Shown one piece after another: positions 41,217-54,695 of a stretch of DNA of 64,000 nt (the stretch's first letter is position 1; the number at the start of each line of letters is the position of its first letter). The stretch is taken from contig NC_042998.1 of the NCBI RefSeq assembly GCF_006345805.1, forward strand, positions 1,798,001 to 1,862,000. Reading direction: 5' to 3'. The notes below the pieces were generated by a model. The model had not been told where the DNA came from. It saw only the letters and a program-made list of their open reading frames with translations, and ran no database searches. The DNA comes from Octopus sinensis. Taxonomy: Eukaryota. Both the position numbers and the translations under genes were made by a program.

Positions 41217-43752
41217 GCTAATATTTTCTTGCCAAACATATGAGAAATCTACATGGAATAGGGATAGAAGTTTTCCAGAAAGATCTTGACCTCCTGCTCT
41301 CCATGGCCCCAGAAGAACCTACATCATGGCAAGAAACTTAAAAGAGGCCAGCAATGTCAAACTCTTTTCTTTACCAAAAGCCAATCACATAAGAATGACT
41401 ATTCAAAACCTGGTAACAATAGCAGTGCCCCAGCATGGCTACAACCTTTGGGCTGAAATGCATAAAAGAATAAATATGTTTGTGGGTCAGTATCTCCTGA
41501 CCTTGACATTGTTTGATTGCTGCAAATGAAATCACTGCCATGCAAGGAGAGTCCTTTCTTCTGAATCTTCTCCAAAACCATGTCTGGTTATGGGGGAATA
41601 TCACCTTACTTAGAAACAGGTGAAAGTTGGTGGCAGGAAGTGCATCTTGCTATAGAAAATTTGCATCTAAGTTCCATCCGCACTATGTAAACTTGGAAAA
41701 GTAGACATAAAAGGATGATCACACACACTCATACACACACATGTAGATAACTTAATGGTACAGAATGCTCAGCCAGAATTTGAGAGGTGCAGGTTTCAAT
41801 TCCATGTGAAGGCTTGCTGGTCACTTTTTTTCTGTCTTCTAAAGGGGATTTACTAGATTTTCTAAGCTATCTTCACAGACTTCCTGAGTTTGAGAATTCC
41901 TTTATTTTCCATAGAATACCCACAAATTTGGCGTGTATAAGTTTGTTTACAGTACGTGTGTGTGTGTGGCTTAAATATAGAGTATTATATATTTATCATG
42001 CAATATCTGTGTTCTAATCCTGATCTGTATCCTCTGCTTTCAGAAATTCTAACAAGTCACTCCTTGCCTAATTGTTTTATCTGCCCCTGACCTCACCTGT
42101 TAAGGGATATATCAAATTGCAGACAAAATATTCCGTCCTATCTCCATCTCACTAAAACCTGTCTTTTACCCCAATCAATCTCTTTTGTTATCTCTTTCAT
42201 TAATATGGAATTATTCTATCTGAAATGTGTGTCTAACACTGTTGAAGTATAATGTTTGACAAATTCTTAGCAATTTTCATTTTCTCTCCATTCGTTATCT
42301 TTTAAAGACAATATCCATTACTTACTATCCATTCACAACTGATAAGCAGGAATAGATTAACGAGTCAAATAAAACTCATCCTTTTTTCTTCTTTTCTTCT
42401 TTTTTTACTTTTCATACTTATTGCAGACATGGTTATGGGGTTAAGAGAGTTGTTTCCCAACCACATGGTTTTAGGTTCTGTCTCACTGCATGGCACCTTG
42501 GGGGAAGTGTTTTCCACTACATCCCCAGACTGACCGACCCAAGCCTCGTGATTGATGTAGTAGACAGAAATTGAAAGAAACCAAATGTGCAAATGTGTGT
42601 GTGTGTGTGGAAGGGGGTGGGTCATATCACATGATCATCGTAAAATGAGTGTCAACATCTTGCAAACAATGCCATTTTCCCCCAATCTTCCATGAAAGCA
42701 TGTCTGGCCATAGTGGGGGGGGGTATTACTTTGCTTGGAAATAGGTGAAGATGGGCAACAGGAAATTTGCTTTAATGAGTCCCATCTGACCTGTGCAAGC
42801 ATGGAAAAAGGGACATTAAGAATATGATGATGACAACAACGATGGCAGTGCCAATCCTGATGATGCTTCACAAATAATCTTTGATAAGAACAATTTTAAT
42901 AATTTCCCAAATTTTGTTATTTTTATAATTGAATTTGTTTTTTTGTTTTTTTTTTACTTTCATTCTTGAATTGATGAAAGATAATCATTCCTACTCCCTC
43001 CATTACTCTTTTTCCTTCTTTTCTTTCCCCTTCTTGCACTCTTAACAGCTGCAAATAAGAGGAGATTTTGGTTTTTCATCTGTTCAATATTAAAAAGACA
43101 GCACTCACTGCATATGCGCTGTTTGTATTAGCATAATAAAAGAGAGCTAATTTGAATAACAGTAGAACGTCAGATCAATAAAAGCTGATTTATACATTAG
43201 GATTCTGATCCACAGAGCTTCAAATGCTGTCTATAATAATGCTCATTAAGGATCCCAAAGCAACATATCAACCCCTACATAAATATCTGATTGCTTGTTT
43301 GTCATGCTGCCTGTGTCCTCGTTATGAATTACTATATCATCATATAAAAATGTTGGATTAATTTCTGTGCATAATATGAAAGCAGTGCTTCAGTATAACT
43401 GAACCAATTAAAACAAAATATACGTCTGTCTTTCCTTCTATCTCTGCTACCATATCCATCCATTCATTCTTCAATCAATGTCCCCATCTCTCTCTCTCTC
43501 TATCCATCTATCAATGTTATTATATCCATCTCTGGTTGTCCCTCATTCAATCAATCGCTATATTAGAATTCTAAAAAAAAATCACCTCACACTATTTAGT
43601 TTAATTCCAAGTCCAAATCCTTCCATGGTCAGCTTTGCCTTTCATCCTTTTCTGATTGATAAAGATGCCTTTCAAATACTGGAGTTGATACAATAAGCAA
43701 TCTCTTTTCCAAAAATTTTCTGACCTTGTTGTTATTTTTATTGTTATTATTA

Positions 43753-44144
43753 CTAGCAGTATCGCCCAACATTGCTTGGGTTTGTTTCGACCCTTTAGAA
43801 TTGGAATTTTTGAAAAGTAAAAATTTTGCATTATGTAGCTTGTTATTCTCTTTAAGTGAACATTTTTCTGGTTGAAATACACCGAAAAATGGCAACACAT
43901 CAGTCAAAAATTCATAAAAATTGGGATTTTCATAGAAAAAAAGCACCTTTTTGATGTAAATAATTTTTGGTGTTAACATGGTCCGATTTGAATTTTTTTC
44001 TTCTACGGAAGGAAGAGCAGGCCTTCTTCTATCATAATCTCAATTTTGGTCAACTTGCGCCGCACGGTCTTGGAGGAGATAGTGTTAGTTGAAGGCTACC
44101 AAACCTGCTACACACAGACAACTTCAGCTTTATATATATATAGA
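43753..44144 (-). mobile_element. Non-autonomous Helitron, copy 1
   Basis: On the minus strand A|TC...subterminal hairpin...CTAG|T, with no TSD. Close paralog at 49877-50269. Confidence 0.8.
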
Positions 44145-44586
44145 TTATTATTATTATTATTATTAAGATGACAAGCTGGCAGAATCATTAGCAAGCCAGA
44201 TGAAATGTGTATTTCATCCATCTTTACATTCTGAGTGCAAATGCTGCTGGGGTTGACTTTGCCTTTCATCCTTTTGGGGTCAATAAAATAAGTACCAGTC
44301 GAGCACTGGGATCAATGTAATCAATTTACCCTCTCCCCCAAACTTGCTGGCTTTGTGCCAAATTTTGAAACCATTATTAGCAAGCTGGAAGAATTGTTAG
44401 CATGCTTCATGAAATGCTTAGTCATATTTTGCCCATCGCTACATTCTGAGTTCAAATTCTGCCAAGGTCGACTTTGCCTTTCATTCTTTCAGGGTCAATA
44501 AATTAAGTACCAGTGAAACACTGGATACAGTGTAATCAACTCATCCCCTCCCCCAAAATTGCTGCCCTTGTGGCAAAATTTGAAAC

Positions 44587-44622
<36 letters not shown>

Positions 44623-44768
44623 AAGAGGGCAGCAGGCAGGCAGAATTGTTAGAGTATTGGAGAAAGAATGCCTTGAGGCATCTATTTTCTGTTTCCCTAC
44701 ATTTAGTGTTCAATTCTAACCAAGGTCAACTCTACCTTTCATTCTTCTGGGATTAATAAACTATAGAA

Positions 44769-45394
44769 CCAGTCAAGTACTGAGTTTGATTCAATTAACC
44801 AAGCTCTTTGCCTCAAAATTGCTGGCCTTGTACCTAAATTAGAAACCATTATTATTATTTGAGCAGTAGGTAACAGAATTGCAGAGCAGTGGATAAAATC
44901 CTTGCTATGTCTAGTAACATACCTTAATGTTCTGAGTTCAAATCCTACTGGAATCAATGTTACTGTTCATCTCACAGAGATTGGTAAAAGAAGTAACAAG
45001 CATGTACTGGTGTTATTACAATCACCTGTACTACTACCATGTATGGCTGTGAATTTGTATCTGTATCATCATCATCATCATCCAGTCAAGTACTGAGTTT
45101 GATTCAATTAACCAAGCTCTTTGCCTCAAAATTGCTGGCCTTGTACCTAAATTAGAAACCATTATTATTATTTGAGCAGTAGGTAACAGAATTGCAGAGC
45201 AGTGGATAAAATCCTTGCTATGTCTAGTAACATACCTTAATGTTCTGAGTTCAAATCCTACTGGAATCAATGTTACTGTTCATCTCACAGAGATTGGTAA
45301 AAGAAGTAACAAGCATGTACTGGTGTTATTACAATCACCTGTACTACTACCATGTATGGCTGTGAATTTGTATCTGTATCATCATCATCATCAT
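44769..45394. repeat. 313-bp direct tandem duplication
   Basis: 44769-45081 and 45082-45394 appear identical by eye; duplicated ORFs appear in the track. Confidence 0.9.
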
Positions 45395-45687
45395 CGTTTA
45401 ACGTCCGCTTTCCATGCTAGCATGGGTTATTTATTATATTTACTTCTTGACATTTTGCAAAGTAGCTACCAATCCTTTATGATAGTTGAATTACTAGAGA
45501 TTAGGGATGACAACTAACTATAAAATTCTGACTCTAACAATGTGAAATCTTAAATTTTCAGAACTATCAAACCCATGTTTTTTTTGTTTGGTTTATTTTT
45601 ATTTTGGTTGCTTTCTTTCCTAGGAAAAGGTGTAAAACATAAATCCATCTATTGTCTTCAGATATTTTTCTCTTTTTTCTTTTTTAG

Positions 45688-45739
45688 TCCCAAGATTTCA
45701 AACAGTCCTAAGGAATGGGCAACCCATGAGATGAGTCAG
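45688..45739 (+). CDS. BNIP3: BNIP3/NIX-family gene, short Ser/Pro-rich internal exon
   Basis: Long polypyrimidine tract then TAG at 45687; donor CAG|GTAAAT at 45740. Its 52 nt (phase 2 to 0) give S-PKISNSPKEWATHEMSQ and join the flanking exons in frame. Confidence 0.8.
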
Positions 45740-47015
45740 GTAAATAATGTGTTTTGATTTTAACCCTTTTGTTATTATATTTGTTGAAACACACACTGCA
45801 TTTGTTTCTGTTAATTTTGAAAATAATGGTGGCATGTAAAAAGCACCATTCGAGCGTGATCGTTACCTGCGTCACGTTACTGGCACTTGTGCTGGTGGCA
45901 CATGAAAAAACATTCAAGCAAGGTCGTTGCCAGTGCCGCTGGACTGGCTCCTGTGCAGGTGGCACATAAAAAGCACCATTTGAGCGTGGTCATTGCCAGT
46001 ACCGCCTGAGTGGCCCTCATGACGGTGGAACGCAAAAGCACCCACTACACTCTTGGAGTGGTTGGCATTAGGAAGGGCATCGAACTGTAGAAACTCTGCC
46101 AGATCAGATTGGAGCCTGGTGCAGCCATCTGATTCGCCAGACCTCAGTCAAATCATCCAACACATGCTAGTATGGAAAGCGGAAACAATGATGATGATGA
46201 AGAATTTAATAAAACAACTTTGCCTTTATCAAAATAGAGTTTGAAACTTAAGTTAACATGAAATATTTATAGAAAGTTTAAATTTAGATTACTTTAAACA
46301 GGACAAAAGGATTAAGGTAGTAGGGTGTAATTTGAGAGAGATTTTAGCTGATGTTTCTAGCATACTGTGTAGTTGCAAAGAGAGAACTTCATTCAGTCAT
46401 ATCATGGTTTATTTTGTTTGGGCTTGTATTCTTGTGAGGTGGTTTTTATGCAATTTTAGCTTCATCTGATGTATACAAAAATAATACTGGACAAAGTTGA
46501 ATTTTCAATTGAGCCAATTATTCATTTTTTGTTTTTAAGTGTTTTTCTTTTCCCCTTATTCTTCCCCCTCTCTCTCTCTCTCTTAGACAATATAATTTTT
46601 TTAGCTTCTCCATATATGTATAGCATCAATATCAATGTAGTTAGGGGTTATTTACTGTGTAGCTATGGACTTTTACCTCCTTAACATACACAGACAATTG
46701 TTTCAGAATTTGTTTGTCATCTACATATCTGTTTGGAGGCTTAAAGTTCAAATTTAAAACTATAAAGGTTTTACAAGAATTTTTCCATTAATATGTTGTT
46801 TGTTTTTGTTTGCTTTTTCTTCCAACATCCATGTTCTTTGCTGAAATGGGTAAGACAGTTTAACAGGGCATACTGTGCTCCAATATCTGTTTTGTTATGG
46901 TTCCTACATTCTATAAAGTGTACACAATGCTTTTTATTCTGACAACAGCACTGGTGATGTCACCATATATATAAATATATATATATGTGTCTGTGTTTAT
47001 GTGTGTGAGTGTGTT

Positions 47016-47388
47016 TACATGGTCTGATCAACAAGTATTCAGATTGTTGCTATAGTAACGAAGCTAAAGCACACAGAGTGAAGCCACTTGGCATAGACTG
47101 ACCTAGAACTCTACTGTGCATGCGCATTAAGTTTTAACATTCTAGCTCACTTCTTCTGTTTACAGCAGTGCTTAGAAGGAAGATGTGTAGCATGTGATCA
47201 TCGTATGGACCATGACAGAGCTGAACAGAGAATCTGCATCAAATTTTGCCAAAAGCTTAGCAATACCAGCTGAGAGGCCTATGCAAAATTTTCGTTCTCA
47301 ACACAAATCCGTGTCTTTTTGGTCGGCTGGAAGCAGTTTTGGTAAAAACTTGGCAGACAGGTGTCTCGTACCCAAATCTTCATTGATA
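47016..47388. mobile_element. Mariner transposon remnants: 5' end (plus) fused to an inverted internal fragment (minus)
   Basis: TIR-like tacatggtctgatcaacaagtatt. Plus strand EQRICIKFCQKL; minus strand 47295-47388 IINEDLGTRHLSAKFLPKLLPADQK (WVPK-type linker). Confidence 0.6.
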
Positions 47389-47573
47389 ATTCTGCTGAGG
47401 TTGACTTTGCCTTTCATCCTTTCGGGGTCGATAAATTAAGTACTGATTGCATACTGGGGTCAATCTAATCAACTGGACCCCACCCCAGGAACTAGAAACA
47501 CACATACTTTGTGTATGTGTGTTTTATTTTGCTTATATACCCCAAGCTGCTTCTAATTCATGTTTGAATATGA

Positions 47574-47640
<67 letters not shown>

Positions 47641-48803
47641 AACAAACAAACAAATGCACATAAAGACAGGGTGGTCACAGTGAGACTGACCTGGTCAAAG
47701 TAACAACAATATATGATATAAATATACCATACAGAAATTGAATACAGATGATGTTGATATTGTTTTACATATCAGCTGAGATTGTGACCAAGTTTTCATT
47801 CTTTACTATTGTCACTTCACTTCAAATACTATCTCTACATGATATCTATCCCCGAAATCCTATTTCCACCTCCCTGTAAAGCTTGAAGTCTTGCACCATT
47901 TTGGAGAGCCTGTGAAAATCATAAGTATTGTCACTCTTTCTCTTCAGGCTAAATAGTAATAATTACTCTTTTTATTCTTTCTAATTTTGGCAGAAGTTTA
48001 GTAATTTTAAAGCAGTTGGGTGGGGGATTAGTCAATTACATTGACCCCCTGCACGTGACTGATATTTTATTTTACCAAGCCCCAAAAGAGCAAAAGACTA
48101 AGTTAAATTTAGGGGTATCTGAACTCAGAATGTAAAAATCTAGAACAAATGCCTCAAAACATTTTGTCCAATGTGCTAATGATTCTGCCAGTTTGCCACC
48201 TTAATAATGATTTCAAATTTTAGCACAAGACCAACAATTTCAGGTGAGAGGGCAAGTCGGTTACATCACCCCCTACCCACAGTGCACAGCTTAATTTATC
48301 AACCCCCAAAAGCAAAGTCAGCCATGGCAGCATTTGAACTCAGTGCATAAAGCGTCAGAAGAAATACCACTAAGCTTTTTGACTGATGTGCTAACAATTC
48401 TGCCAACTTCCCAGATAATAATAATAATAATAATAATCCTTTCTAGTATAGGCACAAGGCCTAAAATTTTGGGGGAGGAGGCTAGTCAGTTACATCGACC
48501 CCAGTGTGTAACCGGTACTTATTTCTTCAACCCTGAAAAGATGAAAGGCAAAGTTGACTTTGGCAGAATTTGAACCGAGAACATAAAGACAGATGAAATG
48601 CCGCTAAGCATTTTGCCCAGTGTGCTAACTATTCTACCAGCTCACCATCTTTCCATATAATAATAATTTTTTCCAATATAGCCACAAAGCCAACAGCCTT
48701 TGAGGGTAATTGATAGGGTCAAACCCAGTATTTGACCCTTGAAGAACATATAGAAACAGAAGAAATACTGCAAAGCATTTTTATCAATGCTATGAATTGC
48801 ATA

Positions 48804-49214
48804 TTACTCTTTACTCTTTTACTTGTTTCAGTCATTTGACTGTGGCCATGCTGGAGCACTACCTTTAGTCGAGCAAATCGACCCCAGGACTTATTCTTTG
48901 TAAGCCTAGTACTTATTTTATCGGTCTCTTTTGCCGAACCGCTAAGTTACGGGGACGCTATTACACCAGCATCAGTGGTCAAGTTGGGGGACAAACATAG
49001 ACACACAAACGTATACACACTCACATACATATATAAATTTATATACATATATATGGGCTTCTCTCAGTTTCCGTCTACCAAATCCACTCACAAGGCTTTG
49101 GTCAGCCTGAGGCTATAGTAGAAGACACTTGCCCAAGGTGCCATGCAGTGGGACTGAACCCAGAACCATGTGGTTCGTAAGCAAGCTACTTACCACACAG
49201 CCACTCCTACACCT
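48804..49214 (-). mobile_element. SINE family B, full length
   Basis: Near-identical to 2211-2597. Confidence 0.8.
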
Positions 49215-49481
49215 ATATTGTGCATTTGAGTGATAATTTTTGTTTGGAGAGGAAGGGGTTAAGCCAAGAAGGATCTTATTGAAAACTGTATTGTAATGTG
49301 TAAATGAAGCTTTCCGTGTGTGATTGCAAGCAGACATTTGCAAAGTATGCAGAGGGGGACCTGAGTGTAGGATCCATTTTTGATTCTTAAAATATTTCTG
49401 TTAAGTAAATAAAAATATGATTATGTTGATACATAAGAATGTAGACATCAAATTTAATCATTTTTTTCTTCCCTTTTGCAG

Positions 49482-49546
49482 GGAGAATCTGTAGGGACAG
49501 ATTGGATATGGGATTGGTCAAGTAGGCCAGAAATTCAGCCTGTTGG
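49482..49546 (+). CDS. BNIP3: BNIP3/NIX-family gene, exon with DWIWDWSSRPE
   Basis: Acceptor cccttttgcAG, donor GTGAGC. Encodes GESVGTDWIWDWSSRPEIQPV-GG, with the family core DWIWDWSSRPE identical to BNIP3. Phase 0 to 2. Confidence 0.95.
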
Positions 49547-49876
49547 GTGAGCATTATTGCCTTTCATTCATTCATTTGTTTGTTTGTTCGTTCGTACATA
49601 CGTATGTTGTCCTAATTAAAAATAATGTTTAATCCTTTAGCATTTAATCCGACCATATCCAGCCTAATATCCCACTTATTTTATGTTCAAACTGGCTACA
49701 ACTGGCCTCTCACACTTACTCTACAATGTTATTCTGAAAATAAACAATCACTTCATTGAAATCTGAAAGCCACAAGATACTCCAGAATTAATTTGAAACA
49801 ATAAATAAGTATTACATTTGATAGAGTAATTTGAATTATAAAGGGTTAAAAGAGTCTTTTGAAAAATATTTAGTAA

Positions 49877-50269
49877 CTAGCAGTATCGCCTGGCATTGCT
49901 CGGGTTTGTTTTGACCCTTTAGAATTGGAATTTTTGAAAAGTAAAAGTTTTGCATTAATGTAGCCTGTTATTCACTTCAAGTGAACATTTTTCTGGTTGA
50001 AATACACCGAGAAATGGTGACACATCAGTCAAAAAATCATAAAAAATAGGGATTTTCATAGAAAAAAAGCACCTTGTTGATGTAAATAATTTTTGGTGTT
50101 AACATGGCCCGATTTGAATTTTTTCTTCTACGGAAGGAAGAGCAAGCCTTCTTCTATCATACTCTCAATTTTGGTCAACTCGTGCCACAGGGTCTCGGAG
50201 GAGATAGTGTTAGTTGAAGACTACCAAACCTGCCATACACAGACAACTTCAGCTTTATATATAGAGAGA
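49877..50269 (-). mobile_element. Non-autonomous Helitron, copy 2
   Basis: Same TC/CTAG termini, an A|T insertion site, and hairpin gcc-tggcattgctcggg; highly similar to 43753-44144. Confidence 0.8.
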
Positions 50270-50775
50270 TTACATTTTTTAAAAAAATCAACCATCTCTA
50301 AAGAAGTTCCTTTATTGGCTTACACTATTTTTGCTTTTGCTGTCTTCCTACAAAATTTCTTCTCTAAGTAACAAGCATATATGAAATTATGAAATAACCA
50401 CTAATATTTTCAACATAAATCATATTATTGACAATGAACACCAATATGAAACAACAAAGAGAAAAAAAGCCAAGTAATGAGATACAAACCATATAATTAT
50501 TATTATATGTTAGACATGAGTAAAATAACCAATCCTACTAATGCTGAGTGACTGGTGGATTATTTTGTAGAAATAAATTGATAGAGTTAAAATAACAAAA
50601 ATAAATTACAGTGTCTTCTTTGAAAAGTTGGAATGGTGAGCATTCTTTTGTGTAATTTGGTAACATGGCAAGTGACTGGTACGGGGCTGTCCATTAGAGT
50701 GCCAATTGTTATTCTTTTCTGGCCAAATTGCTACTTGTAATATCTAATGTTACATTTCCATTTTTTTTTCTCCAG

Positions 50776-50922
50776 AGATTTAAGTGGATATTTCAAACAC
50801 CCACGCCGCCACAGACTGAGTGTGCGTAATACCAAAGTGTTGCGTAATGGTGTGTTCTGTATGGAAAATCTGCCAACTTTATTAATATCCCATGCTTGTT
50901 CATTTGTTTTGGGGGCAGCAGT
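50776..50922 (+). CDS. BNIP3: BNIP3/NIX-family gene, exon with FKHP, LSVRNT and most of the C-terminal TM helix
   Basis: Acceptor tttttttctccAG, donor GTAAGT at 50923. Encodes DLSGYFKHPRRHRLSVRNTKVLRNGVFCMENLPTLLISHACSFVLGAAV versus human [25 protein letters not shown]...LPSLLLSHLLAIGLG. 147 nt, phase 2 to 2. Confidence 0.95.
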
Positions 50923-51606
50923 GTAAGTATTTTCTTTGATTGTCTTTATTTTTATTTTTATTCTTTTAAATGTGTTTTTGTAAGCATTGTTATCATCATC
51001 ACTTCAATGCCCACTTTTCCATGCTTGCATGGGTCAGACGAAATTTGTCAAGGTAAATTTTCTACAACTACCTGCCCTTCTTGTCACTGATTATTACCTG
51101 TCTCCAAGCAAGGTAATATTTCCACATATCTAAACATGTTTTTCAAAGAAAACTGGAAACAAACAACATTGCTTGTATGACGGTAATGCTTGCTTACCAC
51201 CATCATATGACATCAACACTAGGAGACACGCAAACAAGCACACACACACACACACACATTTACATATATATATAGAGAGAGAGAGGTGCATGGCTCAGTG
51301 GTTAGAGCGTCGAGCTTACGATCGTGAAGTTGTGAGCTCGAATCCCGGACCGGGCTGCTTGTTGTGTTCTTGAGCAAGACACTTTATTTCACGTTGCTCC
51401 AGTTCACTCAGCTACAGAAATGAGTTGTGACATCACAAGTGCCAAACTGTATCGGCCCGTTTGCCTTTCCCTTGGATAACACTGGTGGTGTGGAGAGGGA
51501 AGGCCAGTATACATGGGCGACTGCTGGTTTCCATAAACAGCCTTGTCCGGACTTATGCCTGGGAGGGTAACTTCCATGGTCTGTGTTGCGATCGAAAGGG
51601 GTCTCA

Positions 51607-51648
<42 letters not shown>

Positions 51649-52538
51649 GGCTTCCACACACTTTCCATCAACCAAATTTATTCACTTTGGTCAGCCCAGT
51701 GCTATAGTGGAAGATATTTTCCCAAGGTGGCACGGTGAGACTGAACCTGAAACCATGTGGTTGCAAAGTCATATCTGCACCTATATTTACATAAATAATT
51801 GGTATTCTCTGTTTGCCCAACTCATCCAAACCAGCATGTTATCTCATAAACTGCATTTAGTCAACAATGAATACCATTTTCATTTCATAGTTGACATAAT
51901 TAACATCAGAAAAGATATCAACTGTAAACAGAGGTTACAAATCATTTATGTACATTGTTGCCATAGTTATTATCCTCCACAATTACTGTATAAACCGAAA
52001 GTACAAAGAATTAACAGGAGTTGAAGAGGCAGTAAATATTATCACAATATATATAGACGCACATAAACTATTGCTACTTTCTGTCTGTTCGTTATCATGT
52101 GTTGGTTAGACTCATACTAAATGTTGCCAGAATTAATATGTATTAAATTATGAGTACTCTCTTTTTACACTCTATAATATCAGATAGACAGGTAATAAAT
52201 GTTACCACGAAAAATACATACCTAAATTATTGTTACTTAATTGTTTATGCAATAATGTAATGGATAATAAATACAGCAACAAGTGGCATCTTATATATCT
52301 TTTACTTATTTCAGTCATTGAACTGTGGCCATGCTGGGACACCACCTTGAAAAGTCTAGTCAAACAAATCAATCCTAGCACTTATTTTTAGCTGGGTACT
52401 TTTTCTACCGGGTTCTTTTACAGAACCTCTAGGTTACAGAGTACATAAGCAAATCAACACTAGTTTTCAAAGGGACAAACACAGACACACAGATATATAC
52501 TACATACATACATGTAATATATGTATGTATATATATAC

Positions 52539-52605
<67 letters not shown>

Positions 52606-52738
52606 GAGGGCATATACATACATGCCAGGAGGCATTGTATATACATGCCAAACGCTAAGAGGGACAATCAGTCATTTCTACCAAAAATATTACTAATCCC
52701 ACCGAATGCAATTTTTCAAAGTAAGACATTTAAAATAT

Positions 52739-52786
52739 AGGCCTGTATCACAGTGATTTCATACTTACGTAATCATCAGCAGGCCT
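52739..52786 (-). ncRNA. Type-I hammerhead ribozyme motif
   Basis: The minus strand reads aggcctg-CTGATGA-t-tac(gtaa)gta-t-GAAA-tcactgtga-TA-caggcct. Stem I is a perfect 7 bp, stem II is GNRA-capped, stem III is palindromic, and the cleavage triplet is AUA. Confidence 0.75.
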
Positions 52787-54695
52787 GAATGTATTATAAA
52801 TAAACAACGACCTTGCCTCGCTTAAGCCGATCAGCTAACTGATCAACATCAACGAAGCACATGGGTGAGTTTATATATATTACATCCGGGTAAATGGTAA
52901 ACTTTTACGAATTGCATTATATATATATAAGGTGAGCTGGCAGAATCATTGGTGGATGAAATGCTTAGCGGTATTTCACCCATCACTACGTTCCAAGTTC
53001 AAATTCCACCAAGGTTGACTTTGCCTTTCATCCTTTCAGGGTTGATAAATTAAGTACCAGTTAAATACTGGGGATTGATGTGCCTATAGTAGAAAGGATA
53101 TATATATATATAGTCCAATTCATGCCAGTATGGAAAACTAATGATAAATCATGATGATGTTGTTGACGATATATACATGACAATCTTGTTTCAGTTTCCA
53201 TCTACCAAATCCACTCACAAGGCTTTGGTCATCCTGGGGCTACAGTAGCCAAGGTTCAGTCCCACAATGTCAGACTAAGCCCAGAATTATGTAGTTGAGA
53301 AGCAAATTTCTCCCACACAGCCACACCTATGCCTCCATATATGAATTGCTTGTTTCATACACTTTGTTTACAGTTGATAATTTTATCTAATATAAATAAT
53401 GCCAGCTGTGATGTGGATGTTATATTTATTTCCAACTCCACTTGATTGCAGCCTGCAGTTTTTGAAACAACTTGTTAGTCTGTATGTGTAATGTAAGCTA
53501 AAGTGATAAATATACTGCAAGTTGGTGGTTGAATGTAAATGTGGTAGGGATAGATTGAGAAAGACAGGAGTTGAGAGCAATGGAGTTCAAGGATGAGGTG
53601 ACACTCTTGAGAAGTAAAATACACTGAAAAACAATTTGTTATGTACACTCCCAAACATTCATAGGATGGGTCTGTAACAAAGTGGAGGAGAATAATGGTA
53701 CTTTACCTTCATTAAAGCATTAGGTTATTTTTGTTTTTAAAATTACATTTCATTTCTGGAAGCAGACTTTGAACTCTTTTGTATTTATCTTGACTACTTA
53801 ATAGCATTGCTCTGCACCACATTAGGAATATTTTTTTTCTACAGTTGTTGTTATGGAAGAAGTAGTTTTAAATAACCTGTGAATAACCAACATGGAAACA
53901 TTTTCTCATTGTGATATCATATGGGCCATAAGTTCCCTTTGAAATCATACAAGATATTGTTTGTTCCTACTCAAGCCATGCCTGACTCATAAGGGCCTGT
54001 TTCCTAGTTTCCTTGGTGTGTAGGTTCCCCACCTGGACGGGACGCTGGTCTGTCACAGGTGAGCTGCAAGATGCAGGTCGAAAGAGTGAGAGAAAGTTGT
54101 GGCAAAAGAGTCTGCAGAAGTTCACCTTCTGCCAGAGCTGTGTGGAGCTTAGCTATTTCTGAGATTCAAACCCATGATCCCTCGACTGCGAGTCTGCTGC
54201 TCTAACCACTAGGCCATGTGCCTCCACCATACAAGATATAGTCTGATAAATTCGTAAAGTCTCCAGAAACTGCATCATCATCATTGTTTTAACATCCACT
54301 TTTCCATTCTGGATCAGACAGAATTCATTAAGGCAGATTGTTTTATGGCCAGTTGTCTTTCCTATTGCCAAACCTCACTTGTTGCCCAGTAAACTAATAT
54401 TTCTTCATGACCAGACATATTTCACAGAATATCGGAAATAAATGACACCACTTGGCAGTGACACACATTTATTATTATCACACAATGTCAAGACAAAGAT
54501 GCACACACACACACAGTAAGCTTCTTTCAGTTTCATTGTACTAAATCTATTCGCAAGGCTTTGGTCAGCCTGGTACTTTAGTAGAAAACGTTTACCTAAC
54601 GTGCCAGGCAATGGGACTGAACCTGAAATCATATGATTAATGTTCTATTGTAGAGTGAAAAAAAACCCCATTTAAATAGCCATTCTAATCTTCAG

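Noticed and set aside
53845-53875. Alternative terminal BNIP3 exon after ttttttttctacAG (V-CCYGRSSFK*)
   Set aside because: Good acceptor but no similarity to BNIP3 C-termini; cannot be supported without transcripts.
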